Assembly: GCF_009914755.1 (NCBI RefSeq)
Contig: NC_060936.1
Reading direction: 5' to 3' (one strand)
From: the human T2T-CHM13v2.0 reference genome, Homo sapiens
DNA: 64,000 nt
The notes beneath the pieces are model-generated. The model made no database searches. It was not told where the DNA came from and saw only the letters and a list, made by a program, of their open reading frames with translations. Both the position numbers and the translations under genes were made by a program. Shown in pieces: positions 1 to 19,789 of this stretch (the stretch's first letter is position 1; every line of letters starts with the position of its first letter).

Positions 1-304
1 GTGAATGCCATTAAGCCAATTTAAATTTTTAGTCCATTTTCTATGGAGAACAATGAAACCATTTTCAGCTTTTTCCATTTTAGGTTTTATTCAGCCGCAG
101 TAACTGTCACTGAATCAATTTTTATGAACATACATTTCATTACAAAGATATGATTCATCAATGAATGTTTTGCCCAACTATAATTATATCAATTGTGGCC
201 TTTTATAATCTTTCTGCTGCAGTTAGTATTTATATTATATGGAAAAATTTATCAAATTTTTCAGGTCAAATTTAACAGGCAAAATTTTACTCTTTGGTCA
301 TTTT

Positions 305-1065
<761 letters not shown>

Positions 1066-1360
1066 GGCCGGACATGGTGGCTTACGCCTGTAATCCCAGC
1101 AGCTTGGGAGGCCAAGGCAGGTGGATCGCTTGAGGCCAGGAGTTCAAGACCAGCCTGGCCAACATAGCAAAACCCCGTCTCTACTAAAAATACAAAAATT
1201 AGCTGGGCATGGTGGCACACACCTGTAATCCCAGCTACTCAGGGGGCTGAGGCAGGAAAATTGCTTGAACCTGGGGGTCGGAGGTTGCAGTGAGCCAAGA
1301 TTGCGTCACTGCACTCCAGCCTGGGTGACAGAGCAAGACCGTCACAAAAAAAAAAAAAAA
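1066..1360 (+). mobile_element. Alu (S-type)
   Basis: Dimeric Alu, A tail. Confidence 0.95.
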
Positions 1361-1409
1361 GAATTTTTAAAATATTGATAGATGGTTGAAAAACTCAAAA
1401 GAGGCATAA

Positions 1410-1630
1410 TATTTTTGTAATTCATGAAAATTATGTAAAATTCAAATTCACTAACTATAAATAAGGTTATATTGGAACATCACCACACTCAGCCACACCT
1501 ACTCATCTAGGTACCATCTATTACTGCTTTCTCACTGCAGTGACAGAGTTAAGTAGTTGTGACAGAAATCATTTGAGCCACAGAGCCTAAAATATTTACT
1601 AGCTGGTTCTTTACAGAAAAAGGTCTATCA
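1410..1630 (+). mobile_element. MER58-type hAT MITE fragment
   Basis: cagagttaagtagttgtgacaga..gcctaaaatatttacta.ctgg..ctttacagaaaaag. Confidence 0.7.
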
Positions 1631-1845
1631 TACGGCTGAACCAATTCATCTTTATCTTTCAGATCATATGGTATGATGGGCACTAACTGTCCAAATAGTT
1701 GGCAGAAAGAGCAAATGGAAGCTACCCAAAGTATGGGTCTCAGGCTGTTGCCAGTTGAACTGTTAGGATCATAATGAGATAAATACAAAAATTGAGAGTA
1801 AGCCTTAGAAAGTTATAGAAAATTGACAAAGTAATTTTATGTCTA

Positions 1846-2341
<496 letters not shown>

Positions 2342-2749
2342 CTATTTTGTATGTCTTTGGGATTTTTTAAATTTCATCTTTCTAGCCATTGATTTTTAGA
2401 CTAATTGAATTTTTAAGACTGACCCTTTAATACAGTTTGAGACACACTGAAATAGAAGATCAGTATCTTTAGAATCAAAGAAGTGGATCTACTAGGACAT
2501 GAGCATGCTGAGGGCAGGTGCTTCATCTGCCTTGTGCACCTGTTTCCCCAGCACCTGGTACACTATAATAGGTGCTCAATAAACACTGGAAGAATGTACA
2601 GATCCAAAACAACTCACTTCTTAACTCTAGTATCATTGTCAAGGATTATCATTTTCTAGGTTTGTTTTTGTTTCTAATTTATTTTCAGACGCAATAGATA
2701 GCATAGAAGCTAGCAGCAAGCCTGTGTTCATATCCCAGCTTATTTAATT

Positions 2750-3058
<309 letters not shown>

Positions 3059-3167
3059 TAGCCTTTTAAAACAGTCCCTCCAGGTTAAGATCACCAGATA
3101 TTTTGGCAAATTGTAAGATATCTATTTGCATATGATTTTTCATGAATTCATAAAGTAGTTCTTGTAA

Positions 3168-3455
<288 letters not shown>

Positions 3456-3840
3456 ATAAATTTGATCAATACAGTCCAAAGACCTAACTTCAGGTATATA
3501 AAGTACAGCTCATGAGTTGATGCAAGTAATGTGCAGAAGTTTCCATTCTGACATCCTGCACACAATTCCACCCCAATCCCAAACAACCTTTACAAAATAC
3601 AAAATTTTTTCAGAGTGAATCTCCCTAAGTCTGTGGTAGCCCTTTCTTAGGAAGGTCCCCAGGCATTGTGAGGGTGGCAGAAATACTGAGTGGCTGTCCG
3701 AGGAATGACCCTCTTTATTCTTACATACTAGCACAATATTCAGGGTTACTGCAAGACATAGCAGAACCAGAAAATGTCTGTGTCTCCGTGAATCTTGCTG
3801 CCTTGTTGCCTGGCTGTGTTCTTCCTTGAGCCTGGAATAA

Positions 3841-4171
<331 letters not shown>

Positions 4172-4732
4172 TGAGAACTAGACATCCTTCAAGAACATCT
4201 ATGTCTTCACCTCACTTATTTATTTATAGTGTCACAGTCACTAAAGTTCCAGGAAGTCACAGAATCATAGCTATGAATGCTAGAAGGAACCATAGAGAGT
4301 CGAATCCAGGGACTGCAAACTCAAAGGCCTATAGTAGCTGCACAGGTTATTTGATAGAAAGAAGACTGGCAGGTGGGGGCTGGGGAGAAGAGCAAAGAAT
4401 AGAGCCATTTAGAGAGGGCAGATACTCAGCTCAAGTGGGCTGTTGCCAACTGGTACATGTGGCCCAATATGCCAGATTTGTTTTAATATATTTTTTAAGT
4501 CGACTATTCAGGTTTTCATGAGTTACCACTCTTTATTTTAATTGTGGTAAAATATACATAACATAAAAACTTACCATCTAAGGATTTTTATGTGTCCAGC
4601 TGAGAAGTGTTAAATACACTCACATTGCTGTGCAACAATAATTCCCCCTCTTCCCCGCCATCCCTGGCATCCACCATTCCATTTTCTGTTTCTGATTTTA
4701 ACTATTCTAGGTACCTCATAAAAAATAAATCA

Positions 4733-5008
4733 GGTCAGGCACAATGGCTCATGCCTGTAATCCTAGCAGTTTGAGAGGCCGGGGTGGGAGGACCACTTGA
4801 GCCGAGGGGTTTGAGACCAGCTTGGGCAACACAGCAGACCGCATCTCTACAAAAAAATATATTAATAATAAATTAAAATTGGGTGTGGTGTCATGTGCCT
4901 ATAGTCCTAACTGCTTTGGAGGCTAAGGCAGGAGGATGACTTGAGGCCAGGATATCAAAGGACATCAAAGCTGCTGCAGTGAGCCATAATCTTATCACAG
5001 CACTCCAG
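4733..5008 (+). mobile_element. Alu (J-type, diverged)
   Basis: Dimeric Alu. Confidence 0.85.
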
Positions 5009-5099
5009 AAGAAAGGAAGTGGAATCATACAGAATTTGTCTTTTTATGACTGGCTTATTTCACTCTATGTAATGTCCTCAAGACTCATTCATGTTGTAG

Positions 5100-5415
<316 letters not shown>

Positions 5416-5525
5416 CTCCATCTTTTTAAGGCTGAATAATATTTTATTGTATATATAGTCCACATTTTTTTCCATTCATCCATCAATAGACTCTTGGTTG
5501 CTTCTACCTTTGGCTATGTGAATGA

Positions 5526-5942
<417 letters not shown>

Positions 5943-6283
5943 TGATTCTATTTTTACTTTTTTTTAGGAACCACCATACTGTTTTCCATAGCAGCTGCAC
6001 CATTTCACATTAATACTAACAGTACACAGCATTCCAATTTTTCCACATCCTCACCAGCATTTGTTGTTTTTTGTTCTTTTGATAATACCCATCCTAGTGG
6101 GTATGAGGCAGTAGTATCTCACTGTGGTTTTGATTTGTATTTCTCTAATGATTAGTGATGTCAAGCATATTTTGATGTGCTTGTTGGCCATTTTTTAAAT
6201 TAGATTGTTTTACTATTGTTGAGTCCTTTTTTAAATGACGAACACTAGTTTAAATTTTATAAAAACAAAAACAAACAAAAAAT

Positions 6284-6598
6284 GGCCAGGTGCAGTGGCT
6301 CACACCTGTAATCCTAGCACTTCGGGAGGCTGAAGTGGGCAGATTGTTTGAGTTCAGGAGTTTGAGACCAGCCTGAGTGACATGGGAAAACCTCATCTCT
6401 ACAAAAAAATACAAAAATTAGCCAATTTAGTGGCATGCGCCTGTAGTCCCAGCTACTCAGGAGGCTGAGGTGGGAGGATCACTTGAGCCCAGGAGGCAGA
6501 GGTTGCAGTGAGCAGAGATCGTGCTACTGCACTCCAGCCTGGGTTACAGAGCAAGACCCTGTCTCAAACAACAACAAAAAACAAACTAACAAAAAAAC
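6284..6598 (+). mobile_element. Alu (J-type)
   Basis: Dimeric Alu. Confidence 0.9.
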
Positions 6599-6910
6599 CG
6601 CCGTAACACCATATGGATAAAATACATGATTTCAGGCAGTATACGGCCGGAGACCTCCATTTGGTGACCTCATCTAGGCCCAACAAACTCATCTTCCAAA
6701 CAGGGAAACCAAAGCCTAGATCATAAAGCCAACAGTTGCACATGGCTATCTGATATCTGAGCCAGCATTAGATCTGAGGTCCTCTAGTGCACAAGGCATT
6801 GACACATTTCTTAGAACACTCACCAGAGCCAACGCGTCTGATTTGTAAGGAGTTGCAATTTGCTAAAAATTCGTAACTGGGCTTAATGACTTGTGGGTGA
6901 AAGTGCAAAA

Positions 6911-7215
6911 GTCAGGCAAGGCGCAGTGGCTCGTGCCTGTAGTCCCAGCACTTTGGGAAGTTGAGTGGGTGGATCACTTGAGCTCAGGAGTTTGAGACCA
7001 GCCTAGGCAACATGATGAAACCCCATCTCTACCAAAAATACAAAAAATTAGCTGGACATGATGGCACATGCCCATAATCACAGCTACTCAGGATACTGAG
7101 GCAAGAGGATCACTTGAGCTCAGGAGGTCGAGGCTTCAGTGAGCCAAGCTGGCGCCACTGCCCTCCAGCCTGGGAGACAGAGAGAGACCCTGTCTAAAGA
7201 AAAAAAAAAAAAAAA
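6911..7215 (+). mobile_element. Alu (J-type)
   Basis: Dimeric Alu; TSD gaaagtgcaaaag. Confidence 0.9.
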
Positions 7216-8271
7216 AGAAAGAAAGAAGGAAAGAAAGTGCAAAAGGCAGCAGCACAAGACAGAGTCAGGAACTTTTTGAAAGGAACTCTCTCTGGCAGCT
7301 GCTTCAATCTTCTTTCTCTAGAGGTAGTAAGAGGGGGCTGGAGATCTATTCATTATCTTTTAACAATGGACAAAGAGAAGCCTGTCTGCTGCGTTAGTCA
7401 TTGCTTGGAGGTCCCCGACTTCTGCTTCCACTACTGCTCTCTACCCGCAAAGTGACTTCTCTTTGATGCTATTTATAAAATGGAATGTGACCCTCCAGCT
7501 AGGCAGGGCTGGGGGCATGGGGCGGGGGGGACATGAGTGAGATATTAAAGCCGTATTTCTGCTTGGGTCTGGTATGTGGCTTCTCAAGAGTACATGAGGC
7601 AATGAGAAACTGGAATGATTGTTATTTAGGGTATAGCTCTCTAGGGAGGAAAACTGAGCAACTTTCTTGAGAAGGAATAGTGAACATGTGAAGGTGTCCA
7701 ATTTAGAAAAGGGGATGGGCTTCCTCTTTCTGGGAAAGACTCACCCCTGACTTGTGGATTACTAAGGAATGGAGTATTTCTGCCTCCAACTTGCTGTGCA
7801 TCCTAAAGTGAGATCCTGTACTTCCTTCTACCTCAATTTCTCTCTTCATAATATTGAGGAAAAGTTACATAAATGCAGGGTTTCCTGCCTTGCTGACTGT
7901 GGCACTTAATTACACTAAATAGACATAAGTCGCATATCCGTGCCACCTGCCTTGACTGGTGTCTTCTGCTCAACTGGCCCCTTGACCAACTTCAGCTGCC
8001 TTTGGTAGTTCAAGAATTGAGAGTTTGAGGAGACATAAGAGCAACTGTAATAAACTGAGGGACCTCATTCAAACTCATTTGTTGCTAAAGACCATCTTAA
8101 AATTTCTGGTCACCTGGAGCAAACCATCAGCCAGCAACTCCCAGATCTGATCATATTTGATGTCGCTGTGAGAAGTGCCACTCCCCACTTCCATCATGGC
8201 TGGAGGCTAGGAATGTGCAGGGGAATGTCTAAAGGGGTAGTTGATATTTGAAACTGCATTTGGGGGATCTG

Positions 8272-8610
<339 letters not shown>

Positions 8611-8700
8611 CTACTAATTACACCTAACGGCTGGCAACCAGCTGTGTTATCCACATTCTAGGGTTGAGTATCATGACACACCATAGTTTAAGACCATCTG

Positions 8701-9012
8701 GGCTGGGCACAGTGCCTCACGCCTGTTCTCCCAGCACTTTGGGAGGCCAAGGCAGAAGGATCACTTGAGTCTAGGAGCTGGAGACCAGCCTGGGCAATGT
8801 AGGGAGATTCCAGCTCTATAAAAAAATAAAAACAAATTAGCTGGGCATAGTGGCTTATGCCTGTAGTCCCAGCTACTCGAGAGGTCGAGATGAGTTTGAA
8901 GACCAGCCTGAGCAACAGAGTGAGATCAAGATGGGATCATAGGCTGTACCTGTCATCGCACCACAGCACTCCAGCCTAGGCAACAGAGCAAGACCCTGTT
9001 TCAAGAAAAAAA
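8701..9012 (+). mobile_element. Alu (J-type) with rearranged right arm
   Basis: Alu with an extra gaccagcctgagcaacagagtgaga block inside the right arm. Confidence 0.85.
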
Positions 9013-10086
9013 CAAGACCATTTGAATGATGCCTTTTATACCAGGGCTGGAACTTGGGATGCTCAGTTGTCTACTTCTTTAACCTCCAAATTCCATAGTA
9101 TAAACTCAGGAGAGTAGGTTTAACAAATGTTTGACATAGGCAGTAAATGGCCCAGGGTGGAGCACCACTTATTGAAGAAGTGTGCCCAGGTTTGTGAGTG
9201 CATTAATATACATTGCCTGATAACATTATACACTATCTGGATTTAGCCAAAAATGAGGCTTTATTATAATCTCCTATAATCCCCTTTTCAGGGCAAAGGC
9301 CATGTCTTACTCATTTTGGTATTCCCAGCACGTATAATAGTATAAGGCCTGGCCCAGAGTAGAGCCTCTCAACCCCTGATTAACTCCTAATCATCCTGCA
9401 GTTCATTCACTCAAGTTTGAATGCTGATTGAGTACATATGTGTGCAAGGCAGTGTCGTGGGAACTGGGGGACAGCAGCACAGGACAGCGAGGTCCCTCCC
9501 TAAGGTCACTTGCAGCCTACAGGAACTTCACCTCATGCAGGAAGGTTCCCTTTCCCCCCATCCCTCCTGGATGCGCCCTGAAGACCCTGCACCTATCCCA
9601 AAACCACACTTACTATACAGCACTATAATTACCTGTATGGATTTCATTAGTACAGGGCTGTGAATTATTAATCCTTGGAACCTCAGAGTCTAGAACGAAG
9701 CACAGTTCTCTGTAGATGCTACTCAAATGCTCATTAATCACTGAATCCACACCTCCCTTCTGGCTTCCAAGACAGGAAAAGGAGGCTCAGAGCGGAATAT
9801 GCAATGCTGCTCTCTTGGCTTATTCCTTGTGCTAACCAGCTGCTTCGTAACTGCCCGCTTACTAACCTGGTTGCCCCACTAGAGTGTAAGTTCCCCAAGA
9901 TTGAGGGCGGTACGTTATTTACCATTGTATCCCAACATGCAGCACAAGCAGGCGCTCCATAAATGTTTGTTAGATCACTGAATAAACAAGTGAATTATGA
10001 ATAAAATGAAAGAGGCTTAGATATAAAAATGATGCCCAGTTATACTTATAATGATAGAGCCCTAAAGAGTAAAATAAGACTATTCT

Positions 10087-10376
10087 GTTTTTGTTTTTGT
10101 TTTTGAGACAGGGTCTTGCTCTGCAGCCAGGCTGGAGTGCAGTGGCACAATCATGACTCATTTCAGCCTCAATCTCCTGGGCTCAGGTGATCCTCTCGTC
10201 TCAGCCTCCTGAGTAGCTGGGACTACAGACGCGCACTACCACGCCCAGCAAATTAATTTTTTTGGTAGAGATGGGATCTCACTGTGTAGCCCAGGCTGGT
10301 CTTGAACTGCCGGGCTTGATCCTCCTGCCTGTGCCTCCCAAATGCTGGGATTACAGACATGAGCCACCAAACCCAG
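10087..10376 (-). mobile_element. Alu (J-type)
   Basis: Dimeric Alu. Confidence 0.9.
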
Positions 10377-10429
10377 TCTATTCTGATATTTCTAACCTGT
10401 TATTGGAGACCCATTAGGTTTGCTTCTTA

Positions 10430-10844
<415 letters not shown>

Positions 10845-11089
10845 TCACTTAACCAACTCACTCAATTAATATAGGTCTCTGTTTCCTCTCTAAAACACAC
10901 TGACCTGTCACCAGACACCCACTGAAGGGATGCCGCGGGAAGGGTCTTGATTTGCATGTCTGAGTGCTTCTGTTCCTATCTGCTGAACTGTATGCTTTCC
11001 AGTTCCAGTGGAGATTGTGCCCACTCCCATTGATGTCCATTGTTATTATCATTTTACAATTTAATTAAATATTACATAAGTGCTGAAAT

Positions 11090-11680
11090 AGGAATGCAAA
11101 ACAAGAGTTGTTATTTTTGTAAAAATTAAGTTGAATGTTTTGGGGAAAGTTGATAGAATAAATCATTAAAAATATTGTCATACAGGTGCAAGCTAATCAA
11201 CTCTAAAAGTTTAGGGCAGAAAAGCCTACTAAGATTCTGCCCTCAAAACCAGAAAATGTAACTCGGACACGGTGGCTCATGCCTGTAATCCCAGCACTTT
11301 GGGAGGTCAAGGTGGGCAGATCACTTGAGGTCAGGAGTTCAAGACCGGCCTGGCCAACATGGCAAAACACCATCTCTACTAAAAATACAAAAATTAGCTG
11401 GGCATGGTGGTGGGCACCTTTAATCCTACCTACTCGGGAGGCTGAAGTGGGAGAGTCACGTGAACCTGAGAGGCAGAGGTTGCAGTGAGCTCCAGCCTAG
11501 GTGATAAAGTGAGACTCAGTCTCAAAAAAAAAAAAAATAAACAAATAAAATAAATTTTTTAAAATTAGGAAATGTGGATAATATTTTATGAAAATAGTTT
11601 GTGCAAAAAAAGACAGAGTAGAACCTGAATCAGCAGGTCCATCTTGAAAGGAAAAGCCTTGAGGTCTAAACCAAAAATAG
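11090..11680 (+). mobile_element. Decayed Tigger/pogo-type transposase relic (CENP-B-like HTH) split by an Alu
   Basis: 11101: TRVVIFVKIKLNVLGKVDR; 11574: VDNIL*K*FVQK/RQSRT*ISRSILKGKAL (one frameshift). Both resemble Tigger N-terminal HTH motifs. Confidence 0.45.
11263..11545 (+). mobile_element. Alu
   Basis: Dimeric Alu. Confidence 0.9.
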
Positions 11681-11717
11681 ACAAATGAATCTATAGTATA
11701 TGCTGTGAACTGTATAA

Positions 11718-12048
<331 letters not shown>

Positions 12049-12853
12049 TGTCATATCATTCTTTATGATTATAAACACTTCCAGAGTTTTTTTCAGTTTA
12101 CTAATTTACTGGTTCCTGGTCTATGGATCTGGCAGATTTTCTACTGTACATTGGATTATTCAAAAGCTCTATCTGAAAATGGTATCTCTCCAGGAAGGTC
12201 CCTGTAATTCCATCCTCCTGGCCCGCTACCCTACTAATTAGAGTGATATGGGATGGCCATAGCTACGTTTCCATCTTGCCGTTTTCTCTAACGTCACGTC
12301 CTGAATAAGGTAGGAGAGTCTAACCAACTGTAAGGCATTTAGATATCCATCATCATAATCTTTCTAAAAGGAAATTTTACTTTAACATTATAGTGAAAAG
12401 AAGAAACTCTTTTCTGAAACAGAAGCCCTCTCTGGAGAGCTTATTTTCAGAATGGTAAAATGGGGAACTAACTTTAGTTAAGTATCTTCTGAGAGCAGAT
12501 GCTTTCATATCTAATTTTCTGTAATCTTTGCAAACATTCTGTGAGTTCAAAATCACTGGCCCCATTTTATAGATGAGGAAACTGAGCTCCAGGGAGGTTA
12601 AGCAAGGTCACACACAGGCAGTACCAGAGAGGTGGCATGTGACCCATTGTGAGCCAATATACTTCCCAAGTCACCAAATTACATCTGATGATTTGCCCCA
12701 AATGTGACATCCCAGTTTTTTTCAGAAGTAAAGTAGTATGGTGGCTACGTATTATGTTTCTTAAGTTCCAGCTACTTCAAAGGGATTGCCCTTGTTTCAT
12801 TATTGGAATGTGTCCAAACTGAGCAGCTCCCCTGCCCTCCTTCGACACTGGCT

Positions 12854-12917
12854 GAGGATGGATGCAGAGGCTCTATAAAAAGCCCGAGGATGGATGCAGA
12901 GGCTCTATAAAAAGCCC
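12854..12917. repeat. Perfect 32-bp tandem duplication containing TATAAAAAG
   Basis: gaggatggatgcagaggctctataaaaagccc x2. Confidence 0.95.
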
Positions 12918-12925
12918 TTTGCTAC

Positions 12926-13030
12926 ATGCTATGCTATGCTATGCTATGCTATGCTATGCTATGCTATGCTATGCTATGCTATGCTATGCTATGCTATGCT
13001 ATGCTATGCTATGCTATGCTATGCTATGCT
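12926..13030. repeat. Perfect pentanucleotide microsatellite (ATGCT)21
   Basis: 105 bp of uninterrupted ATGCT. Confidence 0.97.
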
Positions 13031-13120
13031 CCAGTTATTCTAGAAATTCTCCAGGCTATCCCCTACCCCTCTACTTTCAACTCTGTCTCTTTCTCTGTCC
13101 CTCTTTGTCCTTTCTCTCTC

Positions 13121-13966
<846 letters not shown>

Positions 13967-14049
13967 AGGGAAGAGCACTTTAATGAATTTAATTTCCTTG
14001 GGAATCCCCAAATTTAATTGTGCCCTTATCAGTAATGTTCATTTTGTTA

Positions 14050-14425
<376 letters not shown>

Positions 14426-14835
14426 AAGAGAGTAAAATTTAATGACAGTAAATCAATCATGTAGCGAGAACTATTGTGAATGTTCTGGAGTATTTCCTTC
14501 TTGTCTTTTCTTCTATGAGCACACACACACACACACATACACACACATAAATTCATATACTCAGCACCCTCTGCAGTGTCTGAAACATCTGTGTGCTCAA
14601 TAAAGTTCAAAGAATAAATGAATGAAGAAAATTTTATTTTTACACATAGTCAAACTTACGTACAGTAGGAAATTCATTTTTAAAAATCTTACTCAACACA
14701 TTATGTGTATTTTTCTATGTATTATATAGATTTTTAAGGCATTTTTTATGAAAGCATAAGTGCTATAGAATAATGCTGACCTAAACGAACATCTAGTACA
14801 TAACCCTACATTTGTATCTCTGAAGATTCCCTTAG

Positions 14836-15172
<337 letters not shown>

Positions 15173-15544
15173 TAGCCATGAAATTAATAGGCGAAAAAGA
15201 ATAAACTATTTAAGGTCCTTGGTGTCATTCAGCGTTCACAAACGTCCCGAATTGAAGTGATACTTCACATGAAAACCCAAGCAAGCCTTTGCAAGCTCCC
15301 TGGCAGCCCATAGGCACAGATTCTCCATCTGTGGGGTGATCCTCTTATATAGACTGTAGCTCCATTATCCCCTCAGACCAGGGATAACCCTCCTTCTCCA
15401 GCATCTTTAGGTCATCCCTGGAATGACCTGAGCTGGATTAAGCTCCAGCTCAGCTGCCCTGGTCCTCCACAAAGGCTCAAAGGAGAGATCGAACTTTTGG
15501 TGTTACATTCCATTTATTTATTTATTTATTTATCAATCAATTTA

Positions 15545-15851
<307 letters not shown>

Positions 15852-16077
15852 TTGCATTCCATTTAATTCTCACTTCAGCATGTCTTTAATATCTTTCTAC
15901 TTTCTCTAGCCCTATCTATTCCAAAGAAATTCTGTGTCACGAGCTATTTCTTTTTTTATTAGTTTTTTTTTCATATTGTGTGCAGTGTGAGATGGAATGT
16001 AAGTGGGTGGCTTTGTCCTTCCTTGAAACATAACTTGTGCCAAAAATAACATCATTTGAATTGTGTGTCTTTGGTAA

Positions 16078-16465
<388 letters not shown>

Positions 16466-16722
16466 TAAAACTCTGCCTTTCAGAATTCAGATTCACCATA
16501 TAACATCTTCACCCAAATGTTACTCCCCTGGAAGCCTTTCCTGACCATCTTTTTTCCATTTGCAACGCCCTTTCCTCCTATGCTTAATTCTTTTCATAGC
16601 AGTTATCACCACCTCATCTACTATATATTTTACTCATTTGTCTTGCTAACTATTTTTCTCACCCACTAGAAGCATAACCATGACAGAGCCATTCATTCAT
16701 TCATTCACTGTGTATGTAGTGA

Positions 16723-17153
<431 letters not shown>

Positions 17154-17361
17154 TAAAATAAGTGGGGCAGGACAAGTTAGGTTTCCAGAGGAAGAGAAGA
17201 GCTCAGACTGTCTCAAATGAGGGTCAAGCTATAGGAAGTAGGTGAGAGTTAAAGGCAGGTCAGAACTTGATGGAGGAATTTGAGGTAGAAACATTTGGCT
17301 CATCCCATAAGCAGGGCAGATTTGTGAGCAGGAGAATGGCATGATAAAAATGATTTATTTA

Positions 17362-17779
<418 letters not shown>

Positions 17780-18609
17780 TCAGTCAAAACACATTCACCT
17801 CAAAGCAGGCAATTCTCAAAATAAGATGTTTAAGATCATCAACCATTAAAGAGGGCCTCGTTAGTGGGTTACAGGAGACTGAGTTTTGCTGCCTGAATTG
17901 GGAGAGAGGGAGTGAGAGATACAAAAAAGCAGAGGGTAAAGTCAGCTCGGTTATTCTATGCAAAGTTAAACCCATTTAAAGAGCCCAGATGAAGAGGAAA
18001 AAAAAAAAATGAGAGGAGGGGAAAAAATGAGAATCGCTATTTTAGACAAATCCCATATGGGTTATACTCTTAATTTACTTAAGCCAGATGGCTAGGCTGG
18101 GGACCGACTAATTTATTACCATCCTGCCATTCAGAGCCAGAGCCTTCCTTAGGTTCCTAAGCAACTCTGAGGGGGAAATGTCAGATTGCATGAAATTTCC
18201 TGATTAGGTCACATGACCCAAGCACAGCCCACTGAAATGATTCGAATCCTCCAAATCGCATATTCCAGATCACAGCTGTCAGCTCGGCCCTCTCCTGCTT
18301 ATGGCAGATGCACGGGCCTTCCCCTCTTTGCAGGCAGTATGGTGGCAGTTCTAGGAATAAGAAACACCAAAATAAAGGCTGGGGGAGGACTGACAAAAAA
18401 AAACTTTAGAATTTGGCATTTCAGATTCTCCCTTTGTACCATGTACATCCCAAAATTTTCTATAAAAGAAGGAAAGTAGCAAAGTATTTTTAAAAGGAGC
18501 ATTTAAACTACTGTGGCAATTAAGCAGCAATCTCTGAGTCAGCAAATCCCATCCAGCAAACTGAGTAACATTTGAGATAACATGAGAGGATTAAAAAAGT
18601 AGGGACACT

Positions 18610-19073
<464 letters not shown>

Positions 19074-19356
19074 TTAAAAAATTGGGAAAAAATAAGCAGC
19101 TAGGCTGGTTTATGATCTGAAGAGGAAAGCATAATGATATAACAAAAGCAACAATGAACATGTTTTAAGATGGAGTCATTATGTAACAAGCCATGTAGAA
19201 ACTATTGTTACCCGCATTTTGTATTATGGATGAGAAAACTGAGGATTTCTAAAAGACTTAAGTTAGGTCTCACCGCTAGTAAGTACCACTGTTAGGGGCC
19301 AATTCTATTCATTCGTCAGAGAATAAGAAAATGATTGGCCAGAAAGGTGAAGGGCA

Positions 19357-19655
<299 letters not shown>

Positions 19656-19789
19656 GCGAAGGGCAGCAGGCTGCAAATGCCAAAATGAGAGCATAACTAG
19701 TGGTTCCTGGGGCCTGTCTATGAGCAGAGGTGGCTAGAAAGCTAACAGAACAGTGACTGCCAAATGCGGAATGGAGCATGTGCCAAATT

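Noticed and set aside
12854-13030. CRISPR-like or other repeat-spacer array
   Set aside because: Repeats are directly tandem with no unique spacers, and the context is eukaryotic
18206-18219. Estrogen response element (GGTCA..TGACC)
   Set aside because: Spacer is 2 nt, not 3; better explained as an E-box palindrome
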